Shown piece by piece: positions 1 to 8,932 of a stretch of 32,000 nucleotides of DNA (position 1 is its first letter; each line of letters starts with the position of its first letter). The stretch spans positions 1,230,001 through 1,262,000 of the forward strand of contig NC_009954.1 of assembly GCF_000018305.1 (NCBI RefSeq), written 5' to 3'. The position numbers and the translations under genes are program-made. This DNA comes from Caldivirga maquilingensis IC-167 (GTDB lineage: Archaea; Thermoproteota; Thermoprotei; Thermoproteales; Thermocladiaceae). The notes beneath the pieces are model-generated. The model made no database searches, had not been told where the DNA came from, and worked only from the letters and a program-made list of their open reading frames with translations.

Positions 1-758
1 GCCACGGCTTAACAGTGGAGTTCAGCGCCGAGGATGCAACTAGAAGTGACTTAGACTTCCTAATCAATGTGTTTCAAAGCGTGGTGAACGCTGGGGCCGA
101 TAGGCTTGACATAGCTGATACTGTTGGGGTTATGTGGCCCAGTAGGATTATGAACCTGGTTAAGGTGATTAAAAGCAATGTGAAGGGTAATTACCTACTC
201 AGTGTTCACTGTCATGATGACTTCGGGATGGCTGTAGCCAATAGTGTAGCCGCGATAGAGGCTGGGGCTGATCAAGCTCATGGTACAATAAACGGTGTTG
301 GGGAGAGAGCCGGTAATGCGGCATTGGAGGAGATAGCCTCAGCTGTTAAATTCCTACTGGGTTATGATACTAGGATTAGGTTCAATAAGATTAAGGATGT
401 TTCAGACACAGTGTCAAGGTTCTTTAAGATACCTGTACCACCCAATAAGGCTATAGTCGGTGCTAATGCCTTCTCCCATGAGTCGGGCATACACGTGCAC
501 GGTATCTTAAGTAACCCCCAGACGTATGAACCCATTGACCCCACTATGGTTGGTATGAGTCGTAGAATAGTCCTAGGTAAGCATAGTGGTAGGCATTCAG
601 TGGAGTATGCCTTAAAGATGATGGGTATTGAACCCAGTAATGAACTAGTCATGAGGATACTCCACCGCATAAAGCAACTGGGTGACTCAGGGAGTAGCTT
701 AACATGGGAGGACTTTAAAAGGATAGTACTAATGGAGATTAACAGTGAGTCAGCATGA
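1..758 (+). CDS. 2-isopropylmalate synthase / homocitrate synthase family protein, C-terminal part (5' end outside window)
   Basis: The frame is open from base 3 (HGLTVEFSAEDATR...). HMGL-like TIM-barrel motifs are present: HCHDDFGMAVANSVAAIEAGA, GTINGVGERAGNAALEE and FSHESGIHVHG. Only about 90 aa follow HESGIH, so this is a short form without a long LeuA regulatory domain. The stop overlaps the next start (ATGA at 755-758). Confidence 0.85.
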   Translation, partial: HGLTVEFSAEDATRSDLDFLINVFQSVVNAGADRLDIADTVGVMWPSRIMNLVKVIKSNVKGNYLLSVHCHDDFGMAVANSVAAIEAGADQAHGTINGVGERAGNAALEEIASAVKFLLGYDTRIRFNKIKDVSDTVSRFFKIPVPPNKAIVGANAFSHESGIHVHGILSNPQTYEPIDPTMVGMSRRIVLGKHSGRHSVEYALKMMGIEPSNELVMRILHRIKQLGDSGSSLTWEDFKRIVLMEINSESA

Positions 759-1762
759 GGATAGCCGTAATAAGGGGGGATGGAATAGGCCCTGAGGTTG
801 TTGACTCAGCCTTAAGGGTCCTTAAGGCCGCTGCGGCTAAGTATGGGTTAACCATTGAGCTTCATGATGTTGAAGCCGGTGACTCAGCCTTAAGCAAGTA
901 TGGTGAAGCATTACCAAGTAAATACTGGGGTATTATTGAGTCCTCAGACGCCATACTAAAGGGGCCTGTGGGGGAGAGTGCTGGTGATGTTGTGGTTAAG
1001 TTAAGGAGGGGCCTTGACCTATACGCCAACATTAGGCCAGCTAAGGTGTATCCGGGTGTTAAGGCGCTTAGGGATGGGGTTGACTTAATCATAGTTAGGG
1101 AGAACACTGAGGATGTTTACGTTAGGGCTGAACACATGTTGACGAATGACGTGGCAGTGGCCTTAAGGGTTATTTCAAGGAGAGCCAGTGAGAGGATTGC
1201 TAAGGTTGCCTTTGAATTAGCTAAGGCGAGGAGGAATAAGGTAACCATAGTCCATAAGGCCAACGTATTAAGTGTAACAGATGGCTTATTCAGAACAGTG
1301 GCTAGGGAGGTTGCCTTAAAGTACCCTGGAGTTACAGTTAATGAAATGTACATTGACTCCGCTGTAATGGATATGGTTAGGAGACCCCAGGACTTCGACA
1401 TAGTGTTAACCACCAACCTCTACGGTGACATACTAAGCGATATAGCCGCCTACGTAACCGGCAGCATAGGCTTAGCCCCATCAGCAAACATGGGTGATTC
1501 AAAGGCAATGTTTGAACCAGTTCACGGCGCCGCATTCGACATAGCCGGTAAGGGTATTGCTAATCCAACAGCCACAATACTCTGCATATCCTGGATGCTT
1601 AAATGGTGGGGTGGTAAAACGGGCAATGGGAGTTACGTAACCGCCGGTGAGGCGATTGAACGTAGTGTCCTAAATACCTTAAGTAGCGGTAAGTTAACCC
1701 CAGACCTAGGCGGTGGCTTAACCACTAATGCATTCACCGAGGAGGTTATGGCACACTTATGA
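755..1762 (+). CDS. leuB: 3-isopropylmalate dehydrogenase / homoisocitrate dehydrogenase family (beta-decarboxylating dehydrogenase)
   Basis: 335 aa. The N-terminus IAVIRGDGIGPEV and the motifs LYANIRP, IVRENTEDVY, NLYGDILSD and HGAAFDIAGKGIANP are typical of the IDH/IPMDH family. The gene is translationally coupled to the upstream synthase. IPMDH and HICDH cannot be distinguished by eye. Confidence 0.85.
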   Translation: MRIAVIRGDGIGPEVVDSALRVLKAAAAKYGLTIELHDVEAGDSALSKYGEALPSKYWGIIESSDAILKGPVGESAGDVVVKLRRGLDLYANIRPAKVYPGVKALRDGVDLIIVRENTEDVYVRAEHMLTNDVAVALRVISRRASERIAKVAFELAKARRNKVTIVHKANVLSVTDGLFRTVAREVALKYPGVTVNEMYIDSAVMDMVRRPQDFDIVLTTNLYGDILSDIAAYVTGSIGLAPSANMGDSKAMFEPVHGAAFDIAGKGIANPTATILCISWMLKWWGGKTGNGSYVTAGEAIERSVLNTLSSGKLTPDLGGGLTTNAFTEEVMAHL

Positions 1763-1943
1763 TTAATCCATCACAGCGCCTTTATGCCACAGGCATATTC
1801 CCTAAGATAATTAGTAGAGTCATATTCATTACTTAGCACTGCTACTGCAATTACTGAAAGGGTATTACTGATTCCTTACACTAGTATAGGGGGATGGGTT
1901 AGGAACATATTAGTCATCAGTGGCTATTTAGGTTAAATTTAAA

Positions 1944-2471
1944 ATGAGTAAATTAACCGGGTTAACTATGCCTCAACTAGTAGTGGAGGGTAGGGTCATT
2001 AAGGTTGGGGATAACATTGATACTGATGTAATAATCCCAGCCAAGTACCTGGTTTACACTGATCCATCAATACTGGGTAAGCACGCCATGGAGCCCCTTG
2101 ACCCCAACTTCTATGAGAAGGCTAAGAATGGTGTAATACTTGTTGGTGGAAGAGCCTTCGGAATGGGTTCAAGTAGGGAACAAGCCGCAATAGCGCTTAA
2201 GGCCGCTGGGGTTAAGGCTGTATTAGCGGAGTACTTCGCTAGGATATTCTACAGGAATGCAATAAACAATGGGCTCCCAGTCTTAACTGTACCGGGTGTA
2301 AGTAAGATGATTAATGATGGTGACCACGTACGTGTCATAGTTGATACAGGTGAAATTATTATAAATGATTCAAGGGTTATTAAGGCTAAGCCAATAACGG
2401 GAGTAGCCCTTGAAATACTACTTAAGGGCGGATTACTGAATTACCTAAAGAGTAGTGGCCAGTCTAAGTGA
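1944..2471 (+). CDS. leuD: 3-isopropylmalate dehydratase / homoaconitase small subunit
   Basis: Contains [55 protein letters not shown] (aconitase swivel domain). The TATA-like ttaaatttaaaa ends at 1944, so the in-frame ATG at 1968 ([10 protein letters not shown]...) is the more likely leaderless start. Confidence 0.85.
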   Translation: MSKLTGLTMPQLVVEGRVIKVGDNIDTDVIIPAKYLVYTDPSILGKHAMEPLDPNFYEKAKNGVILVGGRAFGMGSSREQAAIALKAAGVKAVLAEYFARIFYRNAINNGLPVLTVPGVSKMINDGDHVRVIVDTGEIIINDSRVIKAKPITGVALEILLKGGLLNYLKSSGQSK

Positions 2472-2699
2472 ATTAAGGTTTACTTAAGCCCCATATTAAT
2501 GAAGGCCTCAGCGAAGCGAATATATTCAACCCATGGTTTTCAATCCATAAGGCCTTATAAATTCTTGATAACCCCCGTGGGTAATGGGATTATTAAGTGA
2601 ACGTGATCCCAGTCTTAATAATACCCTAATCCCAATCCCCTCACATTAACACTGATTCCCACGAATTATTTTTAACCCGAGTCCACTTAATTCAAGTTA

Positions 2700-3542
2700 A
2701 TGTGCAGGATGCTGGTAATGATAGGGCATTTAGCTGACTTCATTAATCAGTATGAGGATGTGGTTAATGGTTTAATTAAGGCGGCTTCAAACGACCCATA
2801 CGGTAGTAGACTGTATGGTGAAGCCAGGCACAGTGACGGTTGGGGTAAGGTGACGCTTGTGAGTAGACTGGGTGGTGAGCCATCATTAACAGTGCATAGG
2901 AGTGTTAACCCAATATACTCGGATTCATTACCCAATTCCCCATTAAGCGGCTTAGTGAATGATGGGGTATTCATTGAGATGATTCATGCAAGGGCAGCCA
3001 GCACAGGTACTCCAATCAACCTCTTCTCCACCCACCCTGTTCATGCAGTAACCGGTACTGGGGATGAGGTTTACATGATTCATAATGGTTCATTTAAGAA
3101 AGAGGAGCTCATTAAGGTACTCGGCCTAGGTGAGTGGGTTGAGGCTAAGTACAATGATACCTTTGTAGCTAATTTAGCATTAGCCAGGAGGGTGTTAGGC
3201 AATATTACTATTGATGATTTAAGGTGGTTACTAGGCTTCATGAGAACTGGCGCTAACCTAGGTGTAATGCTTGTTAAACATGATATGATTCAAGTAATAG
3301 TCGGCGGCTACCATGCTAGGCTTAATGATGGTAAGGATAAGGAGCGTGACGACTACTATAGGCTTTACTGGTGTAGGGTTGGGGAATCAAGCCTCTACGC
3401 ATCATCAACAATAGTGGATTACTACAAGCCACACGGCTTAGCCAACTGTGAGCCACTTAATAATGGTGAATACCACTCATATAATATTAACCCACGTACA
3501 GGTGATGTAAAGCTTAATGATAAGTGGTTAATCAGTAATTAA
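2700..3542 (+). CDS. class II (Ntn-type) glutamine amidotransferase-like protein
   Basis: The N-terminus MCRML places the nucleophile Cys at position 2. The segment IHARAASTGTPINLFSTHPV resembles the H-x-R-x-A-T...N-x-HPF block of YafJ/EgtC-like GATase-2 proteins. A TATA box ttatttttaa ends 24 nt before the ATG. Confidence 0.65.
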   Translation: MCRMLVMIGHLADFINQYEDVVNGLIKAASNDPYGSRLYGEARHSDGWGKVTLVSRLGGEPSLTVHRSVNPIYSDSLPNSPLSGLVNDGVFIEMIHARAASTGTPINLFSTHPVHAVTGTGDEVYMIHNGSFKKEELIKVLGLGEWVEAKYNDTFVANLALARRVLGNITIDDLRWLLGFMRTGANLGVMLVKHDMIQVIVGGYHARLNDGKDKERDDYYRLYWCRVGESSLYASSTIVDYYKPHGLANCEPLNNGEYHSYNINPRTGDVKLNDKWLISN

Positions 3543-3598
3543 CTTAAACTAACCTGTTAGGTTAATTACTTTAAAATCAGGTTAATGCCGGTGCATCA

Positions 3599-4639
3599 AT
3601 GAGGGCTAGGGCCTTAGTCCTAAGGGAATTCAGTGGGAGGCTTAGGCTTGAGTCCATTGATGTTAAGGAACCCGGTAATGATGAGTCAGTGTTAGTTAAG
3701 GTTATTGGAGCTGGAATGTGTAAGACAGATGTTAGGCTATGGAAGGGTACTGAGCCTAGGGAGGGCTTTAAACTACCCTTCGTCCTAGGTCATGAGAACG
3801 CGGGCATAGTGGAGGAGGTTGGGGGTAAGGTTAAGGGGCTTAAGCCGGGGGATAAGGTACTTGTATACGCAATTTGGGCTGACCCAGGCTGCAAATACTG
3901 TAGGGTGGGTAAGTGCATGCAGTGTAGGGATCAAAGCATACCAGGTCAATCAAACTACTACGGTGGGTATGCGGAGTACCTTTACGTACCGGATTACAGG
4001 TATTTAGTGAGGATAGACATTGATCCAGTTGAGACAGCCCCCTTAGCTGACGCTGGTTTAACATCATACTCAGCGGTTAAGAAGAGTATACCGTATCTTT
4101 ACCCAGGTTCACTGGTGATAGTTTACGGTATGGGTGGCTTAGCCTCATATGCAGTGCAGTACCTTAGGAAAATGACCCCATACGTCACCGTTGTGGCCGT
4201 ATCGAGGAGTGATGATAAGCTTAAGTGGGCTGAGGAATTAGGCGCCCACTATGCCGTTCACCCAAGTGAATTAGCCAGTATTGTTAAGAGCGTCAGCACT
4301 GATGGTGCCTCAATTCTCCTCGACTTCGTTGGCAATGAGGAGTCCGCTAAGGCAGTGTCATTACTTGAGCCGGGTGGTGCAGTGGTGTTGGTTGGCATGG
4401 AGGGTAAATCATACCCAATCCCCGTCTTCGATACTGTTGCCTGGCAGTACACGGTTATTGGGAGTAATTACGGTAGTATTAATGAGATGGAGGAGATGGT
4501 TAAGTTCATTAAGGATCATGGGGTTAAGTCATATATTGAGAAGATACCGTTAAGCGAGGGGGATGTTAACGATGCCTTAGTTAAATTAAGTGAGGGTAAG
4601 GTGCTTGGAAGATTCGTGATAACACCATGGGGTGGTTAA
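3599..4639 (+). CDS. zinc-dependent alcohol dehydrogenase (MDR superfamily)
   Basis: Catalytic-Zn motif GHENAGIVEEVG with C at GAGMCKTD, structural-Zn Cys cluster CKYCRVGKCMQC, and Rossmann-like VIVYGMGGLASYAVQ. A TATA box ctttaaaat ends 22 nt before the ATG. Confidence 0.9.
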   Translation: MRARALVLREFSGRLRLESIDVKEPGNDESVLVKVIGAGMCKTDVRLWKGTEPREGFKLPFVLGHENAGIVEEVGGKVKGLKPGDKVLVYAIWADPGCKYCRVGKCMQCRDQSIPGQSNYYGGYAEYLYVPDYRYLVRIDIDPVETAPLADAGLTSYSAVKKSIPYLYPGSLVIVYGMGGLASYAVQYLRKMTPYVTVVAVSRSDDKLKWAEELGAHYAVHPSELASIVKSVSTDGASILLDFVGNEESAKAVSLLEPGGAVVLVGMEGKSYPIPVFDTVAWQYTVIGSNYGSINEMEEMVKFIKDHGVKSYIEKIPLSEGDVNDALVKLSEGKVLGRFVITPWGG

Positions 4640-5417
4640 CATGATTAGGAGGTTCTGGTTAGCTAAGGTCGGGGATCATGGGGAGGTCCCTGGACCGGAG
4701 GTGTATTGGATGAGGGATTTCGATAAGTGGGTTAGGTTAAGCTTCTACACAATGATAATTGATACTGATGACGGCTACGTCCTAGTGGGCACTGGTTTAG
4801 TTAGGGATTTAACCCTTAGGAATAAGTTCCTAAGGGAGTGGGCTGGTAGTGATAGGTGTAGGTTCACTGTTCAGGATAATGAGAGGATTGAGAACATATT
4901 AAAGAGACTTAAGTTAACGCCTGATGATATTGCACACATCATAATAACCCCGGTGCAGGACTACACGGTCGGTGGCTTGGACTTGTTTAAGAAGGCTAAA
5001 ATATACTTCTCAAGGAGGGGTTGGTTTGAGGATGTTGTTAACCCTAAGCCATCCCCATTCCTAAACAGGGACGTTTACCTACCTAAGTATGTTAGGGATT
5101 ACTTATTTGAGGAGGCTTGGGGTAGGATAATGCTTCTTGATGATGAGGATGAGGTTGTTGATGGTGTTAGGGTTAAGTGGACTGGTTGCCATCACAGGAG
5201 CTCAATGGCAGTAATAATTAACACTAAGGATTACGTGGTTAGTTTAACGGACTCAGCCTTCACCCTTAGGAACATTAGGGAGAACATACCCATAGGTATA
5301 GCTGAGGATATTTACGAGTGCCTAAACGCCTACGAGTACCTGAGGGCTAGGAGTAAGGTAATTATACCAGCCTACGACCCAGATAACGTTAACACCTTCA
5401 GGGAATGGTTCATTTAA
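4632..5417 (+). CDS. metallo-beta-lactamase-fold-like protein with degenerate metal-binding motif (function unknown)
   Basis: 261 aa. DDIAHIIITPVQDYTVGG occupies the place of the lactonase-type xxxHxHxDHxGG block, and TGCHHRSSMAV and PAYDPD resemble later MBL motifs. The start is either GTG 4632 (8-nt overlap with the ADH gene) or ATG 4641 (2 nt after the ADH stop). Confidence 0.45.
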   Translation: MVNMIRRFWLAKVGDHGEVPGPEVYWMRDFDKWVRLSFYTMIIDTDDGYVLVGTGLVRDLTLRNKFLREWAGSDRCRFTVQDNERIENILKRLKLTPDDIAHIIITPVQDYTVGGLDLFKKAKIYFSRRGWFEDVVNPKPSPFLNRDVYLPKYVRDYLFEEAWGRIMLLDDEDEVVDGVRVKWTGCHHRSSMAVIINTKDYVVSLTDSAFTLRNIRENIPIGIAEDIYECLNAYEYLRARSKVIIPAYDPDNVNTFREWFI

Positions 5418-5482
5418 ACACCCTTATTAAGTAATTTTATCTGAAACCTATTTTAAAGTGATTAAACGTTAACCACGCAGTA

Positions 5483-6490
5483 ATGAAGATAGAGCTACTG
5501 GTGTCTGAGGGTGAGGTAACTGTTGTTACCGAGGGTGGGAAGACAATGTTCAGGAGCATTGATGATGCCTTAGCCTACATTAAGAGCATGATTAATAACA
5601 GTGAATGCGTCCGCAACTCATGGTACATTAGAGTACCATTAATGAGGATACTTAACCTACTGGCCTACGCCTCAGATAAGGGTCTTAGGAACGTTAAGGA
5701 AGCCTTACTGAGTTACCTGAAGGCTAATGGTTTAAGTGAATCCAATGTTAGGGTTATTGAACCAACCCTACAGGCTCTAGGCCTGGTTAACAATGGCGTA
5801 TTAACGGAGGATGCTATTAGGATTGGTGAATTATTCAGGAGGGGCTTACTCACTGAGTGCGCTAGGTTAATGATGAAGATGGCCTACGGTAACTGTGTCT
5901 TAAGGAGCATGTTAATTAACTATAAGCCAGGTAACCCGGAGTCATTGAAGGCCATTGGATTAAGGAGGAGGGATGAGTTGAACTACACAATTCAATTACT
6001 TGACTTCATGATAAGTGGTGGATTAATTGGCTGCGTTGACTCGGTTAATGAATTCCTACACAGCAAGTGCAGTAGACCGGTGTGCGAATGCTGTGGTAAT
6101 TACCTAACATACTACATACTCAGTAGGTTGCTTTCATTTAAGTTATTTGATTACCTCGACTTACCTAGGCTGGGGTATTCACCCGTAATTAGTAATGAAG
6201 GCATATTCCTAATGCACCCAAATGGTGAGGATAAGGTTCCTGTGGTAAGTAGAATCATTGAGTTTAATCAAGCCAACTACACACCTGGCTTAAGGGAGAT
6301 TGTGGACTCCATTGAGCAGGAATTGAGGAGGAGTAATGTGAGTAGGGCCGTGTTAATAATACCATTCACCGTTAACTACGGTGACTGCAGTATAGGTAAG
6401 GTCTATGTCTCAACATACTTAAGGGGAGTATTCACCTACGCTAAAATATATGACCCACATGAGTTAACCGGGGAATCAACCATTAATTAA
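5483..6490 (+). CDS. hypothetical protein
   Basis: A 335-aa ORF with normal local codon and amino-acid usage. A TATA box attttaaag ends 25 nt before the ATG. There is an internal Cys cluster (CSRPVCECCG). I recognise no family. Confidence 0.6.
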   Translation: MKIELLVSEGEVTVVTEGGKTMFRSIDDALAYIKSMINNSECVRNSWYIRVPLMRILNLLAYASDKGLRNVKEALLSYLKANGLSESNVRVIEPTLQALGLVNNGVLTEDAIRIGELFRRGLLTECARLMMKMAYGNCVLRSMLINYKPGNPESLKAIGLRRRDELNYTIQLLDFMISGGLIGCVDSVNEFLHSKCSRPVCECCGNYLTYYILSRLLSFKLFDYLDLPRLGYSPVISNEGIFLMHPNGEDKVPVVSRIIEFNQANYTPGLREIVDSIEQELRRSNVSRAVLIIPFTVNYGDCSIGKVYVSTYLRGVFTYAKIYDPHELTGESTIN

Positions 6491-6492
6491 GC

Positions 6493-7032
6493 CTAGTACT
6501 TATCGAGGTATGCGGCCATGATGTAGGCGTCTTCACCATCATGGTAATAACCCTTAACCACATCAACAATCACGTAGCCTAACTTCTCATATAGGCTAAT
6601 GGCTGGTTTATTAGAAACCCTAACCTCCAGGTAAACCTCACTGGCCTTGTAGAAGTGCTTCATAGCCCTCATTGACCTAACCATTAAATTATACCCAATC
6701 CCAATCCTCCTATACTGGGGTAGAACACCAATGGATACAATGTGCCCCTTCCTCACTATACTCCCCTTCCTTAAATTAGACCAGCCGAACTCAACCCTAC
6801 TCATTACGTAACCAGCCGTCTCACCGTTAACCTTAGCCACAATGAAGGCTTTGGGGAATGATAAGTGATGCTCAACGAAGAAGTATGATGGGTAATTCTC
6901 AGGTAAGACAGCCCTATTAATCCTAATAACATCCTCCAAGTCACTCATATCAAACTCCTTAATAATGAACTTAACACCACCCTTACCAGTAATCTCCTCA
7001 GCACCTTCAAGCTTCTCAGTGACCACACCCAT
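6493..7032 (-). CDS. GNAT N-acetyltransferase, archaeal Ard1/RimI-type protein N-alpha-acetyltransferase
   Basis: GNAT motif A is present as VLPQYRRIGIGYNLMVRSM (Q/RxxGxG), with a downstream EVRVSNKPAISLYEKLGY block. The size (179 aa) is typical. An AT-rich TATA (aatatataaatattt, 7053-7067) sits upstream on the minus strand. Confidence 0.85.
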   Translation of the reverse strand: MGVVTEKLEGAEEITGKGGVKFIIKEFDMSDLEDVIRINRAVLPENYPSYFFVEHHLSFPKAFIVAKVNGETAGYVMSRVEFGWSNLRKGSIVRKGHIVSIGVLPQYRRIGIGYNLMVRSMRAMKHFYKASEVYLEVRVSNKPAISLYEKLGYVIVDVVKGYYHDGEDAYIMAAYLDKY

Positions 7033-7224
7033 GAAGCATTAGCTGGAGTGAGCTAATATATAAATATTTGTCCCAAGTCAATAATCCCCTCATTAACTAC
7101 AATGATATTAAGATAAGGAATGATTAAATAACCGTGAAGGGGAATGAGTTTAATTAATGCTGGGAGCCTTCAATAGGTGCGGCGTCATGTTAACCCTGTA
7201 AGTGGCCTTAATCCCCTAAATTAT

Positions 7225-7242
7225 GAGAAAAACTTAAAAAAT
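7225..7242 (+). promoter_or_regulatory. BRE/TATA promoter of tRNA-Tyr (GAGAAAAACTTAAAAAAT)
   Basis: A purine-rich BRE-like element plus TATA box ends 25-27 nt upstream of tRNA position 1 (7267). The 16-mer at 7225-7240 is identical to 28692-28707 in the CRISPR leader. Confidence 0.7.
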
Positions 7243-7266
7243 ACTTATGAGCCAAGTTTAGTGAAG

Positions 7267-7384
7267 CGGCCCGTAGCTCAGCGGCAGAGCACCCGGCTGT
7301 AGTCAGCCCCACGGGGGACAATTCACTAAATCCCCGTGGCCGGAAACCGGGGGGTCCCGGGTTCAAATCCCGGCGGGCCGACCA
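7267..7384 (+). tRNA. tRNA-Tyr(GTA): tRNA-Tyr (anticodon GTA) with a 43-nt intron at the canonical 37/38 position and a genomically encoded CCA
   Basis: I folded the cloverleaf by hand. Acceptor stem CGGCCCG/CGGGCCG (C1-G72, the archaeal/eukaryal Tyr identity pair). D stem GCTC/GAGC. Anticodon stem CCCGG/CCGGG with loop CT-GTA-G|intron|A. T arm CCGGG-TTCAAAT-CCCGG. Discriminator A at 7381, then CCA at 7382-7384. Confidence 0.92.
7303..7345 (+). other. tRNA-Tyr intron
   Basis: The intron is inserted between G37 (7302) and A38 (7346). It contains a perfect 8-bp internal helix CCACGGGG/CCCCGTGG. GGCT/AGCC pairing across the anticodon is compatible with a bulge-helix-bulge splice motif. Confidence 0.85.
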
Positions 7385-7421
7385 GCAGTATTCTTATTAA
7401 ACTGGGTTAAGTAATATTCAA

Positions 7422-8819
7422 GTGAAGGCAATACTCCAAAGGTCACCCATTGTTAGTAGGCTTACTGGATCATGCGGATACCCTGTACCTGACCCTGTGG
7501 CCGTGGCCCAGGGAATGTCCATGACCTCCCAAGACTCATTAACAGTACTGGACACCTACGGCTTCATTAGGCACCTCGGTGAGTTAACGGTATCCTCAGT
7601 GAGGGGTTCCATGGTTATAGCAGTCATTGACCTATGGGACATTAGACCCCTCTGCAGGTTAGTTAACCTACCGTGCCTTGAGCCTTGGGATGAGGATAGC
7701 TTAAGCGTCGCGTTAAATGAGGCTTTTCAATATAGTTCAGTTGTGGAGAAGCCATACATCATTAGGCTTAACCCCCTCTTATCAAGGTCACTTTGCCCCA
7801 GGCTTAATGAGGTTAAGGTACTGGTTAATAGGCCTGTCTTCAATAGGAATTGGGGTATTGGGAATAGGTGGAGGTTACCTGAACAATGGGGTAATAATGA
7901 TGAGCGGGTTAAATTAATCCTAAGTAGGGCCAGGGAACATGTGAAGAGTGGTGACGTATTAGTTGAGGGTTACCTGCCAGCTGACTCATCAGCATCAAGG
8001 AGCCTCTACGTTAATCCACTACCCATTAATGAACTCTCAGGGGTTAAGATTGTTGAGGAGGCTAGGCCATTCATGATTAATTTAATCAAGGGGGTTAACC
8101 CAAATGTTGAGTTCAAGGATTCTAAGGCTAAGTTCGACTCAATAGTGAGGGATGCCTGGAGGGTGATTGATAATGGACCCATTGATCCAGCTGCATTAAT
8201 AAGATTCTGCCTACTTAAACTAGTGAGGGAGGGTAGGCTTGGTAATGTACCTATAGTGGTTTCCTCACCATACCTAATTAGGTGGAGTGAAACGGTAATG
8301 CGGCCTGACTATAACCCAAACCCCACCTACTTCATGCCCAGGAACATTAATGATATCACGGATGCAACCCACATTAATCCACTAGCCTTAGTTAAGGGTA
8401 TTGGGGATTACTCATACGGTAGTAAGGTAACCGTGGTGACATCATGTGATGTATACGATGATGCGGGTGATGGCTCAATTGTAATTATTAATGACCAATG
8501 CCCACCCCCAGCCAATGTAAGCGTCATAGAGGTTAATGGGGGTGTGGAGCTTGATAGGGTATGTCAATTAATAACCAGTACCCTAGATAATGGTGGCGTA
8601 GCCTGGATTAGGCTTAGCGGGTTTAGAAGTGAATTAAAGGCTGTAGTTGACAGGAACCTATGTGACCTATGCGGTGACTGCATTGCACTTAAGTGCAGTG
8701 CAATAACTACTGATGAGCAGGGTTACCCAAGGATTAATACTGATGAATGCATTGGGTGCGGGTTATGCGTAAGCGCATGCAGTAGGGGTGCCATAACACT
8801 GTTTAAGCCAGGATCCTAA
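7422..8819 (+). CDS. diverged indolepyruvate/2-oxoacid:ferredoxin oxidoreductase alpha-like protein with C-terminal 2x[4Fe-4S] ferredoxin domain
   Basis: The C-terminus has CDLCGDCIALKC (Cx2Cx2Cx4C) and CIGCGLCVSAC (Cx2Cx2Cx3C), arranged as in IorA. The N-terminal blocks GYPVPDP, GSMVIAVIDLWD and KPYIIRLNP loosely recall IorA/POR pyrimidine-binding-domain blocks. The start is GTG, and a TATA box ttcttattaaac ends about 21 nt upstream. Confidence 0.5.
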   Translation: MKAILQRSPIVSRLTGSCGYPVPDPVAVAQGMSMTSQDSLTVLDTYGFIRHLGELTVSSVRGSMVIAVIDLWDIRPLCRLVNLPCLEPWDEDSLSVALNEAFQYSSVVEKPYIIRLNPLLSRSLCPRLNEVKVLVNRPVFNRNWGIGNRWRLPEQWGNNDERVKLILSRAREHVKSGDVLVEGYLPADSSASRSLYVNPLPINELSGVKIVEEARPFMINLIKGVNPNVEFKDSKAKFDSIVRDAWRVIDNGPIDPAALIRFCLLKLVREGRLGNVPIVVSSPYLIRWSETVMRPDYNPNPTYFMPRNINDITDATHINPLALVKGIGDYSYGSKVTVVTSCDVYDDAGDGSIVIINDQCPPPANVSVIEVNGGVELDRVCQLITSTLDNGGVAWIRLSGFRSELKAVVDRNLCDLCGDCIALKCSAITTDEQGYPRINTDECIGCGLCVSACSRGAITLFKPGS

Positions 8820-8932
8820 AACCAGCATTAAGACTGAGTTACCTAGGTTTCATTAACTGGAGCCATCACTGTTACTTAACCCTAAATCCAAGGGGGATCA
8901 TTATTTACTAGGTAATGCATCAGCACGGGTTC

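Noticed and set aside
362-1416. Three minus-strand ORFs (362-670, 862-1107, 1117-1416).
   Set aside because: All are antisense to the strongly supported synthase and dehydrogenase genes. The purine-rich coding strand leaves the complementary frames open.
2747-4553. Internal or antisense ORFs at 2747-2974, 3819-4007, 3840-4067, 4258-4452 and 4281-4553.
   Set aside because: They are nested within the GATase and Zn-ADH genes, in alternative frames or on the opposite strand. None has motifs or a promoter.
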